Source of the DNA: a virus
DNA length: 64,000 bases
Virus record (IMG/VR): IMGVR_UViG_3300045988_147522
Direction: 5' to 3' (one strand)
The notes below the pieces were generated by a model. The model was not told the origin of the DNA, ran no database searches, and saw nothing but the letters and a program-made list of their open reading frames with translations. Position numbers and translations under genes: made by a program. Shown in pieces: positions 7,964 to 16,224 of this stretch (position 1 is the first letter of the stretch; every line of letters starts with the position of its first letter).

Positions 7964-9193
7964 ATGAAAAACACAAAAAATGACAAAAACGCAAATCAAC
8001 CAGTTCGTACCAGAAGAGACAACGGAGCAGGTTCAATTACCCTACGAAAAGACGGAAGATGGATGGGTTCAATTCAGTACGGATATAAAGCTGACGGTAA
8101 ACCAAAGCGCATTACCATCTACGGAAAAACACAGCAAGAAGTAAAGAAAAAACTAAGAGAGAAAAGTGAAGAGTTTGTTAAAAACGATGGCAATATCATA
8201 TTAGCTAAATCAATTAAGGATTGGTTTTCAGAATGGTTGTATAAGGAATTAAAATACACCTTAAAACCGAAAAGTTTTGATGCAAAAGAAAGAACAATCA
8301 ATAAATTTATTATTCCAAATTTTGGTTATATACAAATCAACCAGTTGACATCTAAAGATGTTCAAGCCCTTATAAACAAAATGGTAAAACAAGGGTATTC
8401 TTTATCCCAAATAGATAAAGTAAGATCAACAATAGTGCAAAAATATCGCTTAGGTATGCAAAATAATGAAGTAACAATAAACCCAGCACTAAATGTGAAA
8501 TTGCCAGCATCATTAAAAGCCGAGGTAGAAACCAAACAAGTGTTAGCGTTGAGCGAAGAAGAAGTAAAAAAATTAACCGAACAGGCGTATAAAACATATC
8601 CTAATGGAACAAAAGTATACTCAAGAGGAGAATTTATTGTTTTCTTACTAAATACCGGATTAAGACTCGGAGAAGCAACCGCTTTAACATGGGACGATGT
8701 TGATTTTGATAACCATACAATTACTGTAAATAAAAGTTATGTTCAAGTGTTAAATCGGGACAAAAATAATATCAATCCGCAAACACAAAAACCTTATGCC
8801 TATACGATGATATTACAAAAGTCTCCGAAGACAACACGCAGTACAAGAGTTATACCACTAAACAAAGAAGCCCAGAGAGCTTTAAAAGGATTGTGGGATT
8901 GTAACAAAAAATACGAATTGGTATGTGCTAACGAGAAAGGCAAACCTAATGATTCATCCAACTTGAATAGAAGCTTAAAATATATGCTTAAGCAAGCAGG
9001 CATAAGCACCTCATACAGTGTTCATTCATTGCGTCACACCTTTGCCACACAGTTATTTCGTAATCATGTAGACATAGAAATAATTAGTCAATTATTAGGA
9101 CACGCAGACACTACGACAACCTATAACACCTACATTCATGTTATTCAGGCAGAAAAAATTGAAGCAGTTGGTTCGTTGGATTTTGTGAAATAA
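7964..9193 (+). CDS. int: tyrosine integrase
   Basis: Motifs LRLGEATALTWDDVDF (Arg I), HSLRHTFATQL (HxxR) and LGHADTTTTYNTYIH (His/Tyr). Confidence 0.9.
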   Translation: MKNTKNDKNANQPVRTRRDNGAGSITLRKDGRWMGSIQYGYKADGKPKRITIYGKTQQEVKKKLREKSEEFVKNDGNIILAKSIKDWFSEWLYKELKYTLKPKSFDAKERTINKFIIPNFGYIQINQLTSKDVQALINKMVKQGYSLSQIDKVRSTIVQKYRLGMQNNEVTINPALNVKLPASLKAEVETKQVLALSEEEVKKLTEQAYKTYPNGTKVYSRGEFIVFLLNTGLRLGEATALTWDDVDFDNHTITVNKSYVQVLNRDKNNINPQTQKPYAYTMILQKSPKTTRSTRVIPLNKEAQRALKGLWDCNKKYELVCANEKGKPNDSSNLNRSLKYMLKQAGISTSYSVHSLRHTFATQLFRNHVDIEIISQLLGHADTTTTYNTYIHVIQAEKIEAVGSLDFVK

Positions 9194-9207
9194 AATACAA
9201 AAAAAAT

Positions 9208-9234
9208 AGGGGTAACTCAAATCGAGTTACCCCT
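9208..9234. terminator. bidirectional hairpin terminator
   Basis: AGGGGTAACTC-aaat-(c)GAGTTACCCCT with an A-run upstream and T/A runs downstream. Lies between the convergent int and the cargo operon. Confidence 0.5.
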
Positions 9235-9391
9235 AAAATTTTAAAAACTATGTGAAGGTCATTAACCCTCTCAATGCAAAACCTAATGGTTTTTGATACC
9301 TTATTTTGTTTCATCTCTGAGAACTTTACGCAGAGATTCTGCTCGTTTCTCAATAATGTTGTCAAAAATCATAACAATAACCTCTTGTAAA

Positions 9392-10429
9392 TCATTTTGT
9401 ATTAACAGCATCACCATTGGTGCTTAGCCGTTGCATATAATAGTTACATAATTCGATACCAATACGATTTCTGTAATTATCAACAAGACTGTTATTGAGA
9501 TTATAAGCAAGAGTATTGCAGGCGTCTTGGATTACCTTTTGTGCATCAACTTTCTTACCAAGTGTTTTTAATAATTCATCTTCATCTACAATATGTTTTT
9601 TATAGGTTGCTATTGTAATTATCGCCTTAATATATTCTCCACTTGAATTACGAAGTGTTAGCAAGAAACACCCTATTGAACCTTTAAGATTTCCGTTTCC
9701 GTCAACTTGGTCTAAATTAGTAGTATAATAATGCCTATCGTTAAGTGCTTTTTGCTTGTCATTAAAGAATACATAAGGACGCCCTATGTCTAATAAATGA
9801 GCAAAAGTAGATTGTTTATTAGAAATAATGTGTGAAATCGAAGCCGAATATTCGTCAATGTTGTACCAAGTATCTTTATCGGTAAATGGGAAATTACAGA
9901 TTAAATTCGTGTGTATTTCTGATTTAGCGAAACTATGAGTTTTGTCCTTTAGCAAAACACTAACACTGCGTGACAACTCATCTAATATATTTTGGATTTG
10001 ACGACAAGGGTTAGTGTAAATCAACGGAGCGATTTGTCTACCTCTTACTACATTTTCTATTTCATGAATCTGTGTGTGTAACTTGTGTTTACATATCGTG
10101 TCTACACTGGAATTCACTTCAAGAAGTAAATCCCGCTCTGCTGTAATCTTATCCAACTCTTCTTTATCTTTGGTATGTATTTCACAATAGCGATCTACCA
10201 CAGATATGCCTAAATTGAGCAACAGTACGACTACAGTTAATATCCACCCCAAAACTGTAAGATACCGTCCTTTTGCACTATTCTCTGTTAGCCATCCGTT
10301 TCCAAAGAAAGCTAAAATTAAAGAGAACCATACGCCTGATAGTTTAACCAAAAACAAAGACACTATCCAATTATCTTCAACTGCTTGATGAACCTTTAAT
10401 ATTGCAGTACCTAATTTATTATTTTCCAT
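9392..10429 (-). CDS. membrane-anchored protein with a large C-terminal domain (cargo gene)
   Basis: Two N-terminal hydrophobic helices (residues about 20-75) followed by about 270 soluble residues. No catalytic motif recognised. Confidence 0.6.
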   Translation of the reverse strand: MENNKLGTAILKVHQAVEDNWIVSLFLVKLSGVWFSLILAFFGNGWLTENSAKGRYLTVLGWILTVVVLLLNLGISVVDRYCEIHTKDKEELDKITAERDLLLEVNSSVDTICKHKLHTQIHEIENVVRGRQIAPLIYTNPCRQIQNILDELSRSVSVLLKDKTHSFAKSEIHTNLICNFPFTDKDTWYNIDEYSASISHIISNKQSTFAHLLDIGRPYVFFNDKQKALNDRHYYTTNLDQVDGNGNLKGSIGCFLLTLRNSSGEYIKAIITIATYKKHIVDEDELLKTLGKKVDAQKVIQDACNTLAYNLNNSLVDNYRNRIGIELCNYYMQRLSTNGDAVNTK

Positions 10430-10577
10430 TCCTCTTGTTTTCTCCCTTACGAGGACTAATCGTCATCAAAATGGAATATTCTCTTACCTTAATGTTTCGC
10501 TTAACATTAAGTTTTTCACTTATCGCATATTGATACATTGTCCTATTTGGTTTTGCAACCATATCTTTAACACCCAT
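10419..10577 (-). CDS. small basic protein, first gene of the cargo operon
   Basis: GGAGGA lies 5 nt before the ATG at 10577. Its end overlaps the next gene's start by 11 nt. Confidence 0.45.
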   Translation of the reverse strand: MGVKDMVAKPNRTMYQYAISEKLNVKRNIKVREYSILMTISPRKGENKRNGK

Positions 10578-10612
10578 AATTATCCTCCAAAAAACCAATC
10601 CTGACACCTCTC

Positions 10613-10641
10613 ATTTTACAATTTTTTACAATATATGTCAA
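10613..10641 (-). promoter_or_regulatory. sigma-70-type promoter for the cargo operon
   Basis: On the minus strand: TTGACA, a 17-nt spacer, then TAAAAT. Confidence 0.45.
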
Positions 10642-10886
10642 TGGGTTTATTACATAAATGTATCATAACACATTTATTTCAAAAAATATTTTATTTTATG
10701 TCAAATATATTTAAAAGGATTATTTTAATCCCATTTGATTTCATTTTTATTATACTTAGACAGCCTATCTAATATCCATTGCTTTTTATGGTGAGACTGA
10801 TTGTCAAAATCCTTAACTTTATTTTTATCTACCTCAAAAGGCTGACTTGTCTGTACTGCAAGCACTGACATTTTTAACATCCTTTC

Positions 10887-10924
10887 AAAAAAACAAAATT
10901 GGCGTTTATGACCATTGGTACGCC
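10887..10924 (-). terminator. rho-independent terminator (minus strand)
   Basis: GGCGTACC..(loop)..AAACGCC hairpin followed by AATTTTGTTTTTTT on the minus strand. Confidence 0.45.
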
Positions 10925-11287
10925 ATAAACCAACCCACCTCTTTATCTTCCTCTATGTTGGTCAACCATAGTCTTATCTTCGCTCGTTGTCCAATTATTT
11001 TGAGTCGCTGGCATCGTGCTACGACCAAGAATCTAAGCTATTTTATCTGTATTCTACAGAAAGGTAGTTGCGTTCGCATTCCTGACATCTAAAGGTAGAT
11101 GTTACCACTATATAAATCTGCTCAAGTGAGCTGACACTAAATGTCATAATTGCCTGTGAGTCCTCAGATTATCACAGGGCGATCACTAATATATTATACC
11201 CCATAAGCTCGAAAAGCATTGCAAGAATACCAAGACCGTGTACCCTAAAGTATCACAGTACGAACTTATGTGTTACCTTTTGGTATG

Positions 11288-12172
11288 TCAGCCGAGTGCC
11301 TTTTTTGCGTTGGCAATTTTCTTGTCTTTAGACCAATTGCAATCATTGATAAGATGATAGATAACATTGATTGTTTTTTCATCTACAACGCCGCTAACCG
11401 TGATATTACCTGCTTTCTGTGCCTCTTTTACAGCTTTCAAAGTGCCGTCACCGAAACCGTTTGAATTATCGACTTTCGTCTTGATGATACCCATATTGTA
11501 GAGTGTAATCAACAGTTTCTTGAATGCAAGTGTTGCCGTATTATGTGAACCGTATTTAATCATTTCCTCATTCTCCTCTGACTTTGATTTGATAATGTTT
11601 TTATTAATGATGACATCGGTATCAACATTACCGCTGATACCGCTGATTCTGCCGTTATCGGCGTTCTGCCATATATCGCAAGACTTGGATGGGTTGGATG
11701 ACCACTGTGCAAGCCAAATACTGTACTTACTCCTGAGCCTTTCATAATCAAGATGATTATTGAGCCAGTTAAGATTACTGTACACTCCTGCACGATATCC
11801 GCCTGATTTGATAGCATCACAAAAAGCAATTGCAATGTTTGTCAGAGCAGACATACCGAGCCTTGTCTGACCGCTCTCTTCAAGGTCGTAATATACAGGT
11901 AATTCAAGCGTTTTGCCCTTAATACACGCAAGGCATACTTTAGCCTCCTGCTTTGCTTCTTCAGCAGAATAAGCATAAGAGTACCAGTATACACCGACCG
12001 CAAGACCTGCCCTCTTAGCGTTCTTGTAATGCGTTTCAAATTCAGAGTCTTTCTGATAGGTTTCTTTACCAAATCCTGCACGGATAATCACGGCGTCAAT
12101 ACCGCTGTTCTTAACTTTGTTGTAGTCAACCCCTGTTTGACAATAGCTAACATCAATAGCAGTAACTTTCAT
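11288..12172 (-). CDS. endolysin: GH25 muramidase with a C-terminal peptidoglycan-binding domain
   Basis: N-terminus AIDVSYCQTGVDYNKVKNSGIDAVIIRAGFG (GH25 pattern). C-terminus GFGDGTLKAVKEAQKAGNITVSGVVDEKT (PG_binding_1-like). Confidence 0.85.
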   Translation of the reverse strand: MKVTAIDVSYCQTGVDYNKVKNSGIDAVIIRAGFGKETYQKDSEFETHYKNAKRAGLAVGVYWYSYAYSAEEAKQEAKVCLACIKGKTLELPVYYDLEESGQTRLGMSALTNIAIAFCDAIKSGGYRAGVYSNLNWLNNHLDYERLRSKYSIWLAQWSSNPSKSCDIWQNADNGRISGISGNVDTDVIINKNIIKSKSEENEEMIKYGSHNTATLAFKKLLITLYNMGIIKTKVDNSNGFGDGTLKAVKEAQKAGNITVSGVVDEKTINVIYHLINDCNWSKDKKIANAKKALG

Positions 12173-12174
12173 TG

Positions 12175-12447
12175 TTATTCCTCGCTTTCTGTAAATGATT
12201 TTTCCAAATCAATACCTTCCATAACCGCTCTTGCTTCAAGTACAGCGATATAATCTGTCATTGCTTTAATCTGCATATTGTATGTACTGCGTGGACAAGC
12301 CGGTGTAAATGCTAATTCGTTCTTGTCCCAATTATCAAGCATTTTCTTCAATCCCTTATAACGAATTACCAATTGCTGATACTCGGCTATAAATCTTTCC
12401 TTGTAGTCCTCACTCATCATACCGTTAATTGTTTCTGCTAAAACCAT
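12175..12447 (-). CDS. small helical protein, paralog of 2116..2346
   Basis: See 2116..2346. Contains LDNWDKNELAFTPACPRSTYNMQIKAMTDYIAVLEARA. Confidence 0.55.
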   Translation of the reverse strand: MVLAETINGMMSEDYKERFIAEYQQLVIRYKGLKKMLDNWDKNELAFTPACPRSTYNMQIKAMTDYIAVLEARAVMEGIDLEKSFTESEE

Positions 12448-12536
12448 AATAATTATTCCTCGCTTTCATCTGTTTTAAATTACAAAGCACCCACCTCAAT
12501 TAAGAGATGAGTGCTAATTTTATGTATTGTATTTAA

Positions 12537-12788
12537 TTACTTAGGTTCACCATAGGTCATAGCCTGTTCACTGTCTGATGTACCCTTAGTTGTAGGATCA
12601 ACTACAACGCCAAGCACTGCAAGCAAAGCAAATACAGTGTTCACTACTGCCGTAAGGTTATTGCCAAGCTCACCAAAATCAAGCTCAAAACCAAACACTT
12701 TAGCTACCGCCTGAATCAGCAGAAGTGCCGCAGGAATAAGTGCAAGCCAAAATGTTTTATTTTTAAATCTTACTGTCCAGTTAATCAT
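12537..12788 (-). CDS. holin (phi-LC3-type)
   Basis: MINWTVRFKNKTFWLALIPAALLLIQ..., a second TM helix, then the DPTTKGTSDSEQAMTY tail. The ATG at 12788 is preferred over the longer listed ORF. Confidence 0.75.
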   Translation of the reverse strand: MINWTVRFKNKTFWLALIPAALLLIQAVAKVFGFELDFGELGNNLTAVVNTVFALLAVLGVVVDPTTKGTSDSEQAMTYGEPK

Positions 12789-12801
12789 ATAACCAACTCC
12801 T

Positions 12802-13230
12802 TTAAATATTCTTTTCTGGCAAATGTAATGCCAGTTTATATCTATCAGTACAATATGTGTCTCCGCCAAGATTGTGATACTCTTTATACAGGTCAATCAA
12901 ATTGAGTTTTTGGATTGAGGTGATACTATTCTTTGCAAGACACTTGTCACACAACTCTAAGATACTATTTCTCAAACCTGCCTTCACTGCTTCAGCTAAC
13001 TTAACCGACATATCCCACTTTTCTGTATCAAGAGCAATGTGAGACTCTAACATTTCTTCAATTTTGTTAAGCTTCTCTATTGTGTCGTTAGTGTTGTTTG
13101 TATTTCGCACCCAACCGATTATTTTACGGCGTAGAGGGGTGACTATAGCAGTCAACACTGTCAGTATAGCAGTAGCACAACCAAAGCATACACTAATAGT
13201 CTTAATGATTTCAATTATTTCATTACTCAT
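12802..13230 (-). CDS. membrane-anchored protein in the lysis cassette
   Basis: N-terminal TM helix (ISVCFGCATAILTVLTAIV) plus a helical domain. Confidence 0.5.
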   Translation of the reverse strand: MSNEIIEIIKTISVCFGCATAILTVLTAIVTPLRRKIIGWVRNTNNTNDTIEKLNKIEEMLESHIALDTEKWDMSVKLAEAVKAGLRNSILELCDKCLAKNSITSIQKLNLIDLYKEYHNLGGDTYCTDRYKLALHLPEKNI

Positions 13231-13249
13231 TCAATCACCACATTGATTA

Positions 13250-15703
13250 TTACTCCTTTGTTTGTATTATTTTTTCAAGTGCTGCAACTCTTGCCTCAAG
13301 ATTGCCTTTTAAGACTTTATTGCGATTAGCAAGAGATACAGTACATTGCATATCAATTGTTTTGTTCGCTGCAAGCTTCACTCGTAAATATGTAATAGGT
13401 TTAGTTACACCATCTACAATCAGCGACTTGGAAGTCTTGTTTAACGCCAACTCCAGAGATGTATCAATTATGTTATAAGACGAATCTGCGAAAGTAATTG
13501 TCACATCTGATGAAACTGGTGTAATATTATCTATATAGAAATTATATGTACCGCCTTTCAATTCCAATGAATCGAGCTTAACATAGACGAAAGACTTGCC
13601 ACTGGTGTATGCTGTATCGCATTTAATACTCAATGTATTGTCTGTTGCTACGACACTAAAGTGAGTATTGGTTTTGCTTGTGTATGTACCATTAGTACAC
13701 GATAAAATATTTGGAGCATCCTCTAACACATCTGATACATTAGCTTTTGGTTCACCAAAGTCGCTATCTAACAAGTCGTACATTCTAAACATTTTATTAT
13801 AATCATCTGTAAGATTATTGGTGTATATCATATGATTAGGCTTAACATATGTTGTTGAACCAATATCGAGAGTATTACCACTATTCGTCAAACCAAAGTA
13901 TTGATTATTTGCAGTTTGTACCTCGTTTTCAGTTGTACCATACTTATAATTAACATCAGATAAAGATAATTTATTAATTGCCGAAATCATACTTGCATCA
14001 AACATAATTGCAGATGCACCACGATAATGTCCTATTTGACAATCATCAAAAATGACGGACTGATATTGATAAGTCAATCCTGCTGCATACCCTGATCTTA
14101 ACGGACTTGTCACATTTTCAATTGTACAATTTCGTGCAATAACACTGCACGGTTCATTGGTATAATATGTACCTGTTACAGACAGTCTCTGATTAAGCAC
14201 AATACCATTGCCAATGTATTTGTCTCCATGCGTAGATGTTTCAGTTTTATCTGCTCCATAAAGTTTACAGTTATCAATATAATTAGTGCCGTTATCCCAA
14301 TCAAGAGTTAAACAACTTGCATACTTATTGTGTATTGTTGAGTCTCTAAGTATCATCTTGCCGTATTGTGCTTCAATTGCCGCACCCCAACCATCAATAT
14401 CAATGTAACAATTATTAATGTTGGTATGTCTTGTGCTTACTTTAATGCCTCTTTTTGCACAGTCAGTAATTGTGCAGTTGGATACAGTAATATAGCTATC
14501 ACCACTACAGTCAGCAGAAGGTCTTTGAATTAAATAAATACCATCTCCATCAGGCTCTTTGTCACCAACTTTGTATCCATTGATATTGCTGATTTGAGAA
14601 TTACTGATATATCCGTGTTGACTAAACTCACCATTCACACTTGACACTCCTATGCCGACCGCGTGAATAAATGTATCCTCAGATACAGTACCAGCCTTAA
14701 TGTCAGATACAATAACATTATTGATATTAAACTGAGAACAATCTCTAATTAAATTAATGCCAGCAGCAAATGAAGATACTTTGTTTCCTGCACCTTTAAT
14801 GGTTGCATTTGTGATATTACTGTTTTGACAACCAACTAATGTAATGCACTGAGACACTTTGTGCTGCCCATCGAAACAACCCCCGATAATTGTTAAATTA
14901 TTACAATTAGTAAACTTAAAAAACGAACCTTGCACAGTCGTTTCAGCAGCGTCTGTCGAATTAGTAGTTTGATTGTAAAATACAAAATTAGTATTATCAC
15001 AAATAATGGTCAAGTCATCAATATTAGACAAAGCAATACCATTGCACTTATAAGTACCTACTGGAAAATAAAGACATCTTTTTCTTAACGAAGCTGTCGG
15101 TATTTTCGATAAACTTGTCACCCCTCCTGAATTACTAACACCATACGCAGTTGCACTCAATAGTGACAAATCATTGTTACTCCAAAAATTATTTAGAAGA
15201 TACTTAAGGCTTGGATAATTCTTAGCCGTGTCCGTAATATCAGAATTATCCAAAATCTTCAAATCCTTATTTTCAGGATTAATGTTAGAATATTTGGATA
15301 GCAAGGTTAATAATGCACTAAACTGTTCGCTTGCTTCAATTGCATGACCACTGGTTGACTTGTTAATAGTGAGATTAATACCGCTAATTTTCAGAACCTT
15401 GTTATTAATGGTGATATTAAGTTCACCTTCACCCACACCTGCATAAACAGTCATAGAGGGTTTAACTTCAAATTCAACAATACCTCGTTTAACATCTATA
15501 ATTGTTGCGTCAACAATTTCTTCAGAACCACGAGGGAGAGTTATTGTGTATGTAACCGCCGAACCAGTTAAGTCAATTGCTCCTTTATCATCCACAACCA
15601 TAAGGCGAGGATATTTGATACCACCCTCGCCTTGTGTTACAGTAAAAAACTTGTTGTTGTCTTTCCAAGCGTGTACTGTATATATTTTATTGTAGGTTTT
15701 CAT
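13250..15703 (-). CDS. receptor-binding or tail fibre protein with a right-handed beta-helix (depolymerase-like)
   Basis: AGGAGG before the ATG at 15703. The N-terminus resembles that of 16225..18846 (BppU-like). The centre has beta-helix repeats such as NITNATIKGAGN and NCTITDCAKRGIKV. Confidence 0.65.
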   Translation of the reverse strand: MKTYNKIYTVHAWKDNNKFFTVTQGEGGIKYPRLMVVDDKGAIDLTGSAVTYTITLPRGSEEIVDATIIDVKRGIVEFEVKPSMTVYAGVGEGELNITINNKVLKISGINLTINKSTSGHAIEASEQFSALLTLLSKYSNINPENKDLKILDNSDITDTAKNYPSLKYLLNNFWSNNDLSLLSATAYGVSNSGGVTSLSKIPTASLRKRCLYFPVGTYKCNGIALSNIDDLTIICDNTNFVFYNQTTNSTDAAETTVQGSFFKFTNCNNLTIIGGCFDGQHKVSQCITLVGCQNSNITNATIKGAGNKVSSFAAGINLIRDCSQFNINNVIVSDIKAGTVSEDTFIHAVGIGVSSVNGEFSQHGYISNSQISNINGYKVGDKEPDGDGIYLIQRPSADCSGDSYITVSNCTITDCAKRGIKVSTRHTNINNCYIDIDGWGAAIEAQYGKMILRDSTIHNKYASCLTLDWDNGTNYIDNCKLYGADKTETSTHGDKYIGNGIVLNQRLSVTGTYYTNEPCSVIARNCTIENVTSPLRSGYAAGLTYQYQSVIFDDCQIGHYRGASAIMFDASMISAINKLSLSDVNYKYGTTENEVQTANNQYFGLTNSGNTLDIGSTTYVKPNHMIYTNNLTDDYNKMFRMYDLLDSDFGEPKANVSDVLEDAPNILSCTNGTYTSKTNTHFSVVATDNTLSIKCDTAYTSGKSFVYVKLDSLELKGGTYNFYIDNITPVSSDVTITFADSSYNIIDTSLELALNKTSKSLIVDGVTKPITYLRVKLAANKTIDMQCTVSLANRNKVLKGNLEARVAALEKIIQTKE

Positions 15704-15827
15704 TATTTTCCTCCTTATCACTTCGTTAATATATACATTGTATTTTCATAAATAGAAACATTACTTGTACACTATAACGAATAATTTGGCTTTAAAACCC
15801 TCCTTTTAAAACTCTTCAAATTCGCTG

Positions 15828-15938
15828 TCATTCCATGTAATTATTTAGAATTTCCTGCACCTGCGCCCTAATTTTTTCAGGAACATCGTCGATTGTTTTT
15901 AATCCTTTACGGATTAATTCCGCATAAATTTTCGCCAT
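15828..15938 (-). CDS. small protein (36 aa, below the ORF-track cutoff)
   Basis: GGAGGG before the ATG at 15938. My own translation is MAKIYAELIRKGLKTIDDVPEKIRAQVQEILNNYME. Confidence 0.4.
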   Translation of the reverse strand: MAKIYAELIRKGLKTIDDVPEKIRAQVQEILNNYME

Positions 15939-15943
15939 TTACA

Positions 15944-16210
15944 TCATCCCTCCGTAATTCCTTCATATATTTCACATAATGCAAGTTGAGTGTCGGTAAG
16001 CTGTGATTCAAGCGTTGTGTTTCGCTCATCAATCATTTTAATGTATTCATCCTTTGTATAACGTAGCTGATTGAACTCATACTCAGTATGGCTTTCATCT
16101 TCTGACTGCACAACAATTTCTGTGATGTCGCTGTTCACCCACACTGAGTACTCGTCAATTTCGACTTTCTCAGGCTTTACAGTGCTTCTTACTGCGCCGT
16201 AATCAATCAT
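15944..16210 (-). CDS. hypothetical protein (between the tail fibre genes)
   Basis: 88-aa acidic ORF with AGGAGG upstream. Confidence 0.5.
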   Translation of the reverse strand: MIDYGAVRSTVKPEKVEIDEYSVWVNSDITEIVVQSEDESHTEYEFNQLRYTKDEYIKMIDERNTTLESQLTDTQLALCEIYEGITEG

Positions 16211-16224
16211 AACTATTCCTCCTC

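Noticed and set aside
9141-9365. A 74-aa minus-strand ORF downstream of the cargo operon.
   Set aside because: It reads through the bidirectional terminator hairpin and overlaps the 3' end of int, with no SD. A 23-aa ORF in another frame was also seen but is too short to support.
11288-12172. A second group I intron associated with the endolysin gene, a known hotspot in some Firmicute phages.
   Set aside because: The lysin ORF is intact, with both catalytic and wall-binding domains. The downstream segment has an AGACTA-like string but no matching TAGTC (S element) and no P/Q pair.
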